The position numbers and the translations under genes were made by a program. A DNA stretch of 63,875 nucleotides, the filler included, from Actinomycetota bacterium (GTDB lineage Bacteria > Actinomycetota > Acidimicrobiia > IMCC26256 > VFJJ01): the NCBI GenBank assembly GCA_009886115.1. It is 5 parts of 5 records of this genome, joined end to end, with 100 filler letters (N's around TTAATTAATTAA, not from the genome) between each part and the next. Parts side by side here need not be neighbours in the genome. Positions count along the whole stretch, not along the records: positions 11,197 to 39,741 come from VFJJ01000012.1; positions 39,842 to 51,160 come from VFJJ01000159.1; 3 more parts are not named here. The stretch is one strand, 5' to 3'. The notes beneath the pieces were generated by a model. That model did no database searches and was not told where the DNA came from. It saw only the letters and a list, made by a program, of their open reading frames with translations. Numbering within the stretch: the first letter of the stretch is position 1; every line of letters starts with the position of its first letter. Shown here one piece after another: positions 29,661 to 39,879 of this stretch.

Positions 29661-29776
29661 ACCGCCAGCCCTTGAGGGTCAACGGTTGAGGAGCAGAGAT
29701 CGCACGACGAGCGGGGCCCTCCGGGGTCCCGTTTCGTGCGGCACACTCCTCACGAAACCGTTGGGGTCTGTGGCGT

Positions 29777-30586
29777 TCAGCGGTTGAGCGTTCCCAGGTC
29801 GACGGGGATCTGCGCACCGGTGGTCCGGCGGCCGTCGTCACTGGCCAGCCAGGCGACCACAGCCGAGATGTCCTCGGGCTCGACGGCCTCGTGCGGGAGG
29901 GTGGTCATGAACACCGGTCCGAGGGTCTCGGCCTCGGCCTCGATCATGGCGAACAACCCGGGCGCCTCCATCATGTCGGTGCGAACCCCGTGCGGATGCA
30001 CGCTGTTGACCCGGATGTCGTAGCGGCCGAGCTCGTTGGCCAGGCCCCGGGCGATGCCCACGACCCCGTGCTTGGCGGCCGTGTAATGCAGCGTGAACGG
30101 CTGGCCCTTGAGCCCGGCGGTCGAGCTCGTCAGGATGATCGAGCCCCCCTGGTTCTGGCGGATCATGTGGGGGACGGTCGCCTTCACAGTGTGGAACACG
30201 CCGGTCAGGTTCACGTCGATCACCGCCTGCCAGTCGTCGCTGGAGATCTCCCAGGCGTGGCCCCAGTTGAGGATGCCGGCGTTGGCCACGACGATGTCGA
30301 GGCGCCCGAGCTGGGCCATGGTCTCGGCGGCCAACGCCTCCAGCCCGGCGAGGTCGCGCACGTCGACAACGCGGGCTATCACCCGTCGGTCGAGCTCCTC
30401 GACGAGGCGAGCGGTCTCGTGCAGATCCTCGACCGACGACGGCACGATCTGGTTGCCTTCGACGGGGCCGCAGACGTCGCACACCACGATGTCGGCGCCC
30501 TCCGATGCCAGCCGGACGGCGTGAGAGCGACCCTGACCCCGCGCTCCACCCGTGATGAACGCAACCTTGCCCGTCAACCGTCCCAT
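29777..30586 (-). CDS. Mycofactocin-coupled-type SDR oxidoreductase
   Basis: TGGARGQGRSHAVRLASEGADI followed by the characteristic DVC...EDLHET insertion; YTAAK. Confidence 0.85.
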   Translation of the reverse strand: MGRLTGKVAFITGGARGQGRSHAVRLASEGADIVVCDVCGPVEGNQIVPSSVEDLHETARLVEELDRRVIARVVDVRDLAGLEALAAETMAQLGRLDIVVANAGILNWGHAWEISSDDWQAVIDVNLTGVFHTVKATVPHMIRQNQGGSIILTSSTAGLKGQPFTLHYTAAKHGVVGIARGLANELGRYDIRVNSVHPHGVRTDMMEAPGLFAMIEAEAETLGPVFMTTLPHEAVEPEDISAVVAWLASDDGRRTTGAQIPVDLGTLNR

Positions 30587-30757
30587 GGCTCGCTCCCTCT
30601 CGTCGGCGCAGTCGCACGTCACCCGTCAACGGTCGCACGTCGCTCCGTGTCGAACGCGATCGAATGCGATCGAATGCGGCGGCACGATACGCCCTCGGCT
30701 CAGTGCCCGGCTGGACGGGCGGCGCCCGTGCCCCCAGGATGCGTGGGTGCCCCACCC

Positions 30758-30886
30758 CAGCAACCCCAGCAATCCGAGCCCCGTCAGCAATCCGAGTCCC
30801 GTCAGCAATCCGAGCCCCGTGAGCACCCCGAGCACCCCGAGCACCCCGTGAGCACCCCGAGCACCCCGAGCACCCTGAGCGCCCTG
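30758..30886. repeat. Compound tandem repeats (18-bp x3, 9-bp GAGCACCCC arrays, 29-bp duplication)
   Basis: CAGCAATCCGAG(C/T)CCCGT x3 at 30767-30820; GT(GAGCACCCC)3 at 30819 and 30848. Confidence 0.9.
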
Positions 30887-32179
30887 GACGAGGCGGCTCA
30901 CGAGCCTGCACGGGCACGGTCCAACCGGGAGCTCATCGGCATCGTGACGGCGTGCATGGCCATGGCGGCCGTGTCGATCGACCTGCTGTTGCCGGCGTTC
31001 GACGAGATCCGGGCCGAGTTCGGGCTGGCCGCCGACTCGTCGAAGGTCAGCCTGCTCGTGACGGCGTTCTTCCTCGGCCTCGGGGTCGGCCAGCTCTTCT
31101 ACGGCCCGATGTCAGACCGGTTTGGCCGGAAGCCCTTGCTGTGGACGGGATTGGCGATCATGGCGCTGGGTGCGGCCGGGGCCGCGCTCGCTCCCAGCCT
31201 GGGCACGATCATCGTGTGCCGTTTTGCCTGGGGCTTGGGCGCGGCCGCTCCGCGCTCGTTGGCGTTGGCGATCGTGCGGGACCGGTACGAAGGCAGCGAG
31301 ATGGCCCGGCGGATGTCGCTGATCATGGCGGTCTTCATCGTCGTTCCCGTCTTCGCACCGGCTCTGGGCGCCGCGGCCATGGAGTTCGCGCCGTGGCGGA
31401 TCGTCTTCTGGGTCCCGTGCGGTGCGGCGATCGCCCTCGCGGCCTGGGTCACCCGGTTGCCCGAGACGCTGGCGCCCGAAGCCAGGCGCGCCGTCGGCCC
31501 GGCTGCGCTGGCCGAGGCGTTCCGGGTGGTCGTCCGCACCCGCCAGACCGTCGCCTACGGCTTGGCCGTCATGTTCTTGTTCGGATTCATGTCGTCGTAC
31601 CTCGCATCGTCGGAGATCATCATCGAGGACGTCTTCGGCCGGGGCGACGAGTTCCCGATCATCTTCGGGGCCCTGGCCGTCGTGCTGGGGCTGGCATCGC
31701 TCGTCAACGCCCGCATCGTCGTCCAGGTCGGCGTCGTCGCCGTGGTCAGAGCGGCCTCGGTGTGGATGGTCGCGGCCACCGCCGCCTTCGCCATCATCGC
31801 CCTCGTCACCGACGGCACGCCCCCGCTGTGGCTCTACTGCACCTTGGTGGTGATGGTGCTGCCCGGCGTCTCGCTGCTCGGCCCCAACTGCAACACCTTG
31901 GCGATGGCCCCGGTGCCGCATGTCGCCGGGATGGCCTCAGCCGTCCTCGGAACGGCAGGCACGACCGGCGGCGCACTGCTGGGATCGATCGTCGACGCCT
32001 CGTTCGACAACACGATCCGCCCGTTCGTCTTCGGGGCGGTGATCTTCACCACGCTGATGGCGTTGTGCATCCACGTGCTGGGACGGCGACCGCAGCCCGC
32101 GGTGGCGGTCGCGGTCCCGGTCGCCCGTGGGGAATCGTTGCCGATCGTCTCGCCGAACGACACGGCGACCCCGCCGTGA
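30848..32179 (+). CDS. Bcr/CflA family multidrug efflux MFS transporter
   Basis: IDLLLPAF, GQLFYGPMSDRFGRKP, AIVRDRY, WRIVF. Start uncertain because it lies within the repeats. Confidence 0.88.
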   Translation: MSTPSTPSTLSALDEAAHEPARARSNRELIGIVTACMAMAAVSIDLLLPAFDEIRAEFGLAADSSKVSLLVTAFFLGLGVGQLFYGPMSDRFGRKPLLWTGLAIMALGAAGAALAPSLGTIIVCRFAWGLGAAAPRSLALAIVRDRYEGSEMARRMSLIMAVFIVVPVFAPALGAAAMEFAPWRIVFWVPCGAAIALAAWVTRLPETLAPEARRAVGPAALAEAFRVVVRTRQTVAYGLAVMFLFGFMSSYLASSEIIIEDVFGRGDEFPIIFGALAVVLGLASLVNARIVVQVGVVAVVRAASVWMVAATAAFAIIALVTDGTPPLWLYCTLVVMVLPGVSLLGPNCNTLAMAPVPHVAGMASAVLGTAGTTGGALLGSIVDASFDNTIRPFVFGAVIFTTLMALCIHVLGRRPQPAVAVAVPVARGESLPIVSPNDTATPP

Positions 32180-32204
32180 TCGACCCCACCGTGAGGAGCA
32201 CGTC

Positions 32205-33002
32205 ATGAGCACCACCCCCAGCACCCCACCGCTGGAGCGGCTCGACGGCCGTGTGGTCGTCGTGACGGGCGCCTCGCGAGGGATCGGCAAGGGGCTGGCC
32301 CTGGGCCTGGCCGCCGCCGGGGCGTCGGTGGTCTGTGCCGCCAGGAGCACCAGCGACCGGCCATCGCCTGAGCTGCCGGGGACGGTCGACGAGACCGTGG
32401 CTGCGATCCGCGCCGCGGGCGGCGAGGCGATCGGCGTCGGCTGCGACATCGGGATCGCCGACGACATCACCCGCCTCGTCAGCGAGACGGTGACCGCCTA
32501 CGGACGACTTGACGTTCTCGTCAACAATGCCATGGCCTCGACCCGGGCGCTGTTCGACGACGTCACGACCGAGCTCTGGGAAACGTCGATGCGCATCAAC
32601 GTGCTCAGCCTGCTCCTCACCGCGCAAGCGGTCGTGCCGGTGATGGCCCGGGGCGGCGGAGGGAGCATCATCAACATCTCCTCCGGCGCGGCCGATCCAG
32701 GCATGACCGCTCACCTGCCCCCGGGTTATCTCACGTACTCGGTGGCCAAGGCCGCGCTCGAGCGCTTCTCCAGCGCGCGGTCGCTGGAGGTCGGCGACCG
32801 CAACAGCGCCGTCAACGCCTTGCGTCCCGGGGCCGTCAAGACCGAGCAGAGCGTCCACGAGCTCGGCGCCGATTGGGACTGGACGGGCTGGGGCACCCCC
32901 GACCGGGTCGTCCCCGGCGTGCACCACCTGGCATTGCAACGAGCGGACGGGCTCTCGGGCCGGATCGTCGACATCAACACCTACGGCTCCGAGTGGCCAT
33001 GA
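32205..33002 (+). CDS. SDR family oxidoreductase
   Basis: TGASRGIG, LVNNA, YSVAK. RBS GAGGAG. Confidence 0.9.
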   Translation: MSTTPSTPPLERLDGRVVVVTGASRGIGKGLALGLAAAGASVVCAARSTSDRPSPELPGTVDETVAAIRAAGGEAIGVGCDIGIADDITRLVSETVTAYGRLDVLVNNAMASTRALFDDVTTELWETSMRINVLSLLLTAQAVVPVMARGGGGSIINISSGAADPGMTAHLPPGYLTYSVAKAALERFSSARSLEVGDRNSAVNALRPGAVKTEQSVHELGADWDWTGWGTPDRVVPGVHHLALQRADGLSGRIVDINTYGSEWP

Positions 33003-33063
33003 CCGTGAGCGCGACGGCATGGCCCCGACGGGGACCCGGAGGCCAATCGCGCTGATCAAAAAT

Positions 33064-33075
33064 ATAGCGCGCTAT
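33064..33075. promoter_or_regulatory. Perfect 12-bp palindrome ATAGCGCGCTAT in an AT-rich promoter region
   Basis: Read directly; 90 nt upstream of the amidohydrolase ATG. Confidence 0.5.
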
Positions 33076-33110
33076 TTCACTACTGTGCGTTGCGTCACAC
33101 CTTCACCGGT

Positions 33111-33132
33111 CGGTAATCTGACGGAACTGTCA
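33111..33132 (+). promoter_or_regulatory. Putative operator, TGAC-N6-GTCA, copy 1
   Basis: CGGTAATCTGACGGAACTGTCA; 21/22 identical to 41190-41211. Confidence 0.65.
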
Positions 33133-33164
33133 CGGACACGATCGTGTGCGTTTTCTGGGGGGCC

Positions 33165-34451
33165 ATGAACGTCGATGACCTGATCCTCGTGAGCGTCGAC
33201 GACCACGTCGTCGAGCCGCCGACCATGTTCGACCAGCACATCCCCGAGCGCTATCGCGACCGGGCGCCCAAGGTGCTGATCGACGAGCAGGGCAACGAGT
33301 ACTGGCAGTTCGAGGACGAGCGGGCCATGTACATGGGCCTCAACGCCGTCGCCGGCTGCCCGCCCGAGGAGTACGGCCTCAACCCCACCCGCTACGACCA
33401 GATGCGGCCGGGCTGCTACGACATCCACGAGCGCGTCCGCGACATGAACGCCAACGGGGTGCTGGGCTCGCTCAACTTCCCGACGTTCCCGCACTTCTGT
33501 GGCCAGCTCTTCGCCCGGGCCAAGGACAAGGATCTCGCGATCGCCGTCGTCCGGGCCTACAACGACTGGCACATCGACGAGTGGTCGGGAACCTACCCCG
33601 GTCGCTTCATCCCGTGTGCGCTCACGCCCTTCTGGGACCCGCAGCTCATGGCCGACGAGGTGCGCCGCATCGCCGCCAAGGGCTGCCACGCCGTCACGTT
33701 CTCCGAGAACCCCGAGAAGCTGGGCCATCCGAGCCTGCACACCGCCCATTGGGACCCGTTCTGGGCGGCCTGCGCCGAGGTCGGCACCGTGGTGTGCCTC
33801 CACATCGGATCGTCGTCGTCGCTCATCCTCACCGCCACCGACGCCCCGGCCGACGTGATGATCGCCATCACCCCCATGAACTCGTTCCTGGCGCTCAACG
33901 ACCTCATGTGGACGGGCATCTTCAAGAAGTTCCCCGACATCCGGATCGCGCTCTCCGAGGGCGGGATCGGCTGGATCCCCTATGCGCTGGAGCGGATGGA
34001 CTACGTCCACGAGCACCACCACGCCTGGACCGGCGCCGACTTCGGCGGCTTGCGCCCGAGCGATGTGTACCGCAAGCACATCATCACGTGCTTCATCGAC
34101 GACGCCAGCGGTCTCGAGCAGCGCCATCGGGTCGGTGTCGACTCCATGACATGGGAGTGCGACTACCCGCACTCCGACAGCACCTGGCCCCATTCACCCG
34201 AGCTGCTCGGCAAGACCCTCCACGGCATCCCCGACGACGAGATCGCCAAGATCACGCACCTGAACGCCATGCGGGTGTTCCAGTTCGACCCGTTCTCCGT
34301 GCGGCCCAAGGAGCACTGCACCGTGGGCGCGCTGCGAGCGTCGGCGGCCGACGTCGACATCGCCATCCGGAGCCTCGGCCGCACGAACCAGGGCGGCCTC
34401 TCGGCCCAGGCCCTGGCCGCCATCGCCCGTCCGGCAGTCCTCGACTCCTAG
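33165..34451 (+). CDS. Amidohydrolase family 2 protein
   Basis: SVDDHVVEPP, AYNDWH, LHIGS, SEGGIGW, WECDYPHSD. Confidence 0.9.
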   Translation: MNVDDLILVSVDDHVVEPPTMFDQHIPERYRDRAPKVLIDEQGNEYWQFEDERAMYMGLNAVAGCPPEEYGLNPTRYDQMRPGCYDIHERVRDMNANGVLGSLNFPTFPHFCGQLFARAKDKDLAIAVVRAYNDWHIDEWSGTYPGRFIPCALTPFWDPQLMADEVRRIAAKGCHAVTFSENPEKLGHPSLHTAHWDPFWAACAEVGTVVCLHIGSSSSLILTATDAPADVMIAITPMNSFLALNDLMWTGIFKKFPDIRIALSEGGIGWIPYALERMDYVHEHHHAWTGADFGGLRPSDVYRKHIITCFIDDASGLEQRHRVGVDSMTWECDYPHSDSTWPHSPELLGKTLHGIPDDEIAKITHLNAMRVFQFDPFSVRPKEHCTVGALRASAADVDIAIRSLGRTNQGGLSAQALAAIARPAVLDS

Positions 34452-34598
34452 CCCGTCTCGCTACGCGAGTCGTCGCCGACGGCACCATGTTCTCGGCCCC
34501 ACCCGAGCCGAGCAGCAGCAGCACCAGTAGCACCTGAAACGCAGCAGCACCAGGGGGAATCGATTCCGATGCACCGACCTAACAAGGGGACCACAGCT

Positions 34599-36014
34599 AT
34601 GCCGAAGAAGTTCCTGACGAGAGCGATCGCGCTGGTCTGCGCGTTGTCGTTCGTCGCCGCCGCATGCGGCGATGACGACGACGACACCACGGCTCCGGCC
34701 GAGACCACGGCTCCGGCCGGCGACACCACCGCACCCGCCGACACCGCGACCACCGCACCAGCAGACACCGCGACCACTGCGGCTACCACCGCACCGGCGC
34801 CCACCACCACCATCCCGCCCAGCGCGGCCCTGGCCGCCGGTCTCTGGGACGACGGTCCGTGCGACGAGTCGCTCGACACCGTCAAGCTCGGCCTCATCAC
34901 CGTGTTCGAGTCGGGCGTTCTCACGCTCATCGACCAGGCCCAGGCATCCGAGGCATCAGCCGAGGCGTTCAACAGCCGGGGCGGGCTCAACGGCCGGTGC
35001 ATCGAGATGATCACCTGCGACGACAAGGCCGACCCCAACCAGGCCGTCCAGTGCGCCCGTGACCTCGTCGAAGAGGGCATCGTGGCCACCATCAACGACA
35101 CCACGAGCTTCGGCGCCGCCGACGTCATCGCGGTCTTCACCGAGGCGTCGATCCCGCGCTTCGCGATCAGCCCGGGCATCCCCGAGCTCCAGGACCCGCT
35201 CAGCTACGGCATCGACGCCGGCGGTATCGGCACCTCTATCATGATGGTCCCGCCGTTGCTCGACGCCGGGCACACCAAGATCGCCATCATCCGCGTCGAC
35301 GCCGCCGCAGCGACCGCCCTGAAGGGGCTCTACGAGGGCAGCTTCGCCGACGAGGGTGCCGAATTCGTCGCCGACCTGCCCGTCCCCGCCGGCACCACCG
35401 ACTACAGCCAGTTCATCCTCGCCGCCGAGGCGGCCGGAGCCACAGGCGTGGTCATGCCCATTGGAGGCCAGGAAGGGATCCAGGTTCTCGAGGCGGCCGC
35501 CGAGCTCGACTCCGAGCTCGAGTTCTCGAGCAGCCTCGGGACCTTCCCCTACTCCGACATCGCCGGGCTAGGCGACTACGCCAGCCATCTCACGCTCAAT
35601 GCCGCCATCCCGCCGGCGACGAACGACAACCCGGCAGTCCAGCTCATCATCGAGGACCTCGCCCCGTCCGGGATCGAGGCGCTTCAGGTCGAGAACCTGA
35701 AGGCGAGCCCGATGCGTTCGTGGGTCGGGATGTACGCCTTCCTCACGATCATGCGAGACGCGAACCCCGACGAGATCACCGCGGCAACGGTGACCGAGGC
35801 GGTGAACGCCGCTGAAGACATCGACATGTTGGGCCTGATCCCGCCGTGGACACCGTCGAAGACGAGCCCCGGGGTGTTCACCCGTATCTCGAACGGCGTG
35901 TATGGCTTCTGGAGCTGGGACCCCGAAGCCGAGTACGACGGCAATCCCGGCAACTTCGTCCAGGTCGGAGACGGCGACATCAACGTCGTCTTCGAGACCT
36001 CGAACTTCAAGTAG
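34599..36014 (+). CDS. ABC transporter substrate-binding lipoprotein (LivJ/LivK-like) with TTAPA-repeat tether
   Basis: Lipobox FVAAAC, Thr/Ala/Pro linker, NSRGGLNGRCIE..CDD pattern. Confidence 0.85.
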   Translation: MPKKFLTRAIALVCALSFVAAACGDDDDDTTAPAETTAPAGDTTAPADTATTAPADTATTAATTAPAPTTTIPPSAALAAGLWDDGPCDESLDTVKLGLITVFESGVLTLIDQAQASEASAEAFNSRGGLNGRCIEMITCDDKADPNQAVQCARDLVEEGIVATINDTTSFGAADVIAVFTEASIPRFAISPGIPELQDPLSYGIDAGGIGTSIMMVPPLLDAGHTKIAIIRVDAAAATALKGLYEGSFADEGAEFVADLPVPAGTTDYSQFILAAEAAGATGVVMPIGGQEGIQVLEAAAELDSELEFSSSLGTFPYSDIAGLGDYASHLTLNAAIPPATNDNPAVQLIIEDLAPSGIEALQVENLKASPMRSWVGMYAFLTIMRDANPDEITAATVTEAVNAAEDIDMLGLIPPWTPSKTSPGVFTRISNGVYGFWSWDPEAEYDGNPGNFVQVGDGDINVVFETSNFK

Positions 36015-36046
36015 CGAGCAGGATCTACTCCAAGCACCCGCTCGAC

Positions 36047-36078
36047 CACGGTGGGGCCACTCCGGTGGCCCCACCGTG
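36047..36078 (+). terminator. Strong stem-loop after the SBP gene (terminator or mRNA stabiliser)
   Basis: CACGGTGGGGCCAC-TCCG-GTGGCCCCACCGTG, perfect 14-bp stem. Confidence 0.75.
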
Positions 36079-36138
36079 CGTTACCGGGTCTTTACGAGTC
36101 ACGATGTTCCACCATTCCCAGGATCACCAGGAGCCCCG

Positions 36139-38915
36139 ATGAAGGACTTCCTCCAGTTCGCGATCCTCGGCCTCGGCGCCGGGGCGGCCTACGCCCTGTT
36201 CGCCCAGGGGGCGGTGCTCATCTACCGCGGGTCGGGGCTGGTGAACTTCGCCCACGGGGCGCTGGGAATGTTGGCGGCCTACGTATGCTTCGTGACGCTC
36301 CACGAGGACCGTGGGTGGCCGATCGGCATCGCCTTCGCCGCCGGTGTTCTCGCATCGGTCGCCGTCGCACTGGCCTACCAGTACCTGGTGCTTCGGCGGC
36401 TCCGCAACGCTGCCGCCATCGTCAGGCTCATCTCGACCCTGGCGCTACTCGCCGTGGTCCAAGCCGCGGTCGAACTCAAGTACAGCGCCGCCAACAAGGG
36501 GATCGACGACTTCCTCCCCAACGAGAGCTTCAACTGGGGCGGCATCCGTGTCGGTGAAGATCGTATCTACATCACGGCCATCGCCGTTGCGCTCACCATC
36601 GTGCTGTGGGCCTTCGCTCGCTACACCCGGGTCGGGCTGGCCATCAGCGCCAGCGCCCAGAACGAGCGGGCCGTGCAGACCCTCGGTTGGTCGCCCGACT
36701 CGCTCTCGGCCATCACCTGGGCCATGGGGGCAGCCCTGGCTGGCACCGCCGGCATCCTCGTGGCTCCTCTCACCGGCCTGTCGACGACGACCTTCACCCT
36801 CGTCGTCACCGTCGCCGCGCTGGCTGCGGCCCTGCTCGGCGGGTTCCAGTCGTTCCCCCTCACCCTGCTCGGCGGGATGATCGTGGGCGTCGGCGAGAGC
36901 CTGGCCACGAACTACAAGTCCGACTTCCAAGACTTCTTCCACACCGGCGACGTCACCGGGCTCAACCGGGCGGTCGCGTTCATCGCCATCCTGATCGTGC
37001 TCGTGGTTCGGGGCCGGGGCCTGCCGCTGCGCAGCCACATCAGCGACCGGCTGCCGCGCCTGGGCACCGGACGCATCAACGTCCGCGGCATCCTCATCGC
37101 CTCGGGCATTCTGCTCGTGCTGCTCTTCACCGCCTTCGACGAGAAGTGGGCATCGGGCACCTACATATCGCTCACCGCCGGGGTGATGGTCCTGTCGGTC
37201 GTGGTGCTCACCGGTTACGCCGGCCAGCTCTCGCTCGCCCAGTGGGCCCTCGGCGGGGTCGGGGCGCTCATCGCCGGCCGCTTGGTGCAGGCCCAGGGCT
37301 GGCCCATGGAGCTGGCCTTCCTCACCGCCATCGTCCTCACCATCCCGGCCGGTCTGCTCTTCGCGCTCCCGGCGCTGCGCACCCGGGGTGTGAACCTGGC
37401 CGTCGTCACCCTGGGTCTGGGCTTCACCGTGTACGAGGTCGTGCTGTCGAACGGCAAGTACCTGGGTCCCCCCCTCGACGAGGGCACGCGGGTTGGGCCG
37501 GCAAAGCTCTTCGGCATCGAGGTCGACTCCTCGTTCCATCCTCATCGCTGGGCGGTCGTCTGCCTGATCGCCCTGGTGCTGGTGGCCCTGCTCGTGGCCA
37601 ACCTCCGCCGGTCACGCACCGGTCGCCGCCTCATCGCGGTGCGCACCAATGAACGAGCGGCCGCGTCGCTCGGCATCAGCGTCTTCGGGGTGAAGCTCTA
37701 CGCCTTCGCTGTCGCCGCCGCCATCGCCGCGTTGGCCGGCATCCTGGCGGGCTTCCAAACAACACTCATCCAGTACGGCAAGTTCAACGTCTTCGAGTCG
37801 ATCAACTCGGTCGGCCACGCGGTGATCGGCGGGCTGGGCTACGTCGTCGGTGCAGCTTTCGGCGCACCCAACGCCATCGGCGGCCTGGGCACCCGGCTCA
37901 CCGAGGATGTCCTCAAGATCACCGAGTGGGACGTGCTCCTCGGCGGGGCCATCCTGGTGCTGATCATCATCGGCCACCAGGATGGTGTCGCCGACGGGAC
38001 CATCCACGGAACCCAGAAGCTGATCCGCAAGCTCCGCCTCACACCCCGGCCCCCCGAGCGCCAGCCGCTCCCCGACAGTCCCCCCACGCAGGCCGATCCG
38101 GTCACCCTGGCCATCACCAACCTCACCGTGCGCTTCGGCGGTGTCGTGGCCGTCGACGACGTGAGCTTCACGGTCACCCCGGGCGAGGTCGTGGGGCTCA
38201 TCGGCCCCAACGGAGCGGGCAAGACCACCATCATCGACGCCGTCACCGGTTTCGTCCGGCCGTCGAGCGGGCGCCTGCTCCTGAACGATGGCCCCATCGA
38301 GACCTGGTCGGCCACCAAGCGGGCCCGCCACGGCTTGCGGCGATCGTTCCAGTCGCTCGAGCTGTTCGAAGACATCAGCGTCGAGGAGAACATCCGCGCC
38401 GGGGCCGACGCCGGAGCGTCGAAGCTGTCGTGGTTCACCGACCTCTTCTGGCCCGGCACCCATCCCCTCCCGTCGACGGCCGTGGCCGCCATCCGGGAGT
38501 TCGACCTCGAGGAGAGCCTCGACCAGCTCCCCGGCGAGTTGCCGTACGGTCGCCGGCGACTCGTGGGCATCGCCCGGGCTGCTGCGTCGGGACCGTCGAT
38601 CCTGATGCTCGACGAACCGGCCGCCGGCCTCGACGAGGCCGAGAGCCGGGAGCTGGCCTCGCTCATCCGCCGGCTCGCCTCCGAGCGGGGCATCGGCGTG
38701 CTGCTCGTCGAGCACGACGTCGCGCTCGTCATGAGCACCTGCGACCGCATCGTGGTCATCGACTTCGGCAAGGTCATCGCCTCGGGAACCCCGGCTGAGG
38801 TCCGCACCGACCCGGCCGTGTTGGCCGCCTACCTGGGAACCTCCGAGGTCCACGACGACGTCGACTACGGCGCTGATCCGTCGCTGGTCAACGCCACCAC
38901 GGCGGGGGTGCAGTG

Positions 38916-38916
<1 letters not shown>
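36139..38916 (+). CDS. Fused branched-chain-type ABC permease-permease-ATPase (LivH-LivM-LivG)
   Basis: G.VNFAHG, GYAGQLSLAQ, GPNGAGKTT, LPYG, LDEPAAG, VEHD. RBS AGGAG before ATG 36139. Confidence 0.9.
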
Positions 38917-39662
<746 letters not shown>

Positions 39663-39741
39663 TTTGTCTCTGGCGGGCCCCTGGCCTCCGGCCATCCCGC
39701 CAGGTGCCCGGGGGGCCCCACCCCCGAGCCGCGGGCGAGTA

Positions 39742-39841
39742 NNNNNNNNNNNNNNNNNNNNNNNNNNNNNNNNNNNNNNNNNNNNTTAATTAATTAANNN
39801 NNNNNNNNNNNNNNNNNNNNNNNNNNNNNNNNNNNNNNNNN
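39742..39841. other. Artificial contig-joining linker
   Basis: N-run + TTAATTAATTAA + N-run. Confidence 0.97.
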
Positions 39842-39879
39842 GCGCCCAGAGCCGGCGCAGACGCAAAGAAACCGAAGGC

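Noticed and set aside
39663..39741. GC-rich hairpins at the contig end after the LivF-like gene
   Set aside because: Could be a terminator or the start of a repeat, but it is a single truncated copy and cannot be supported.
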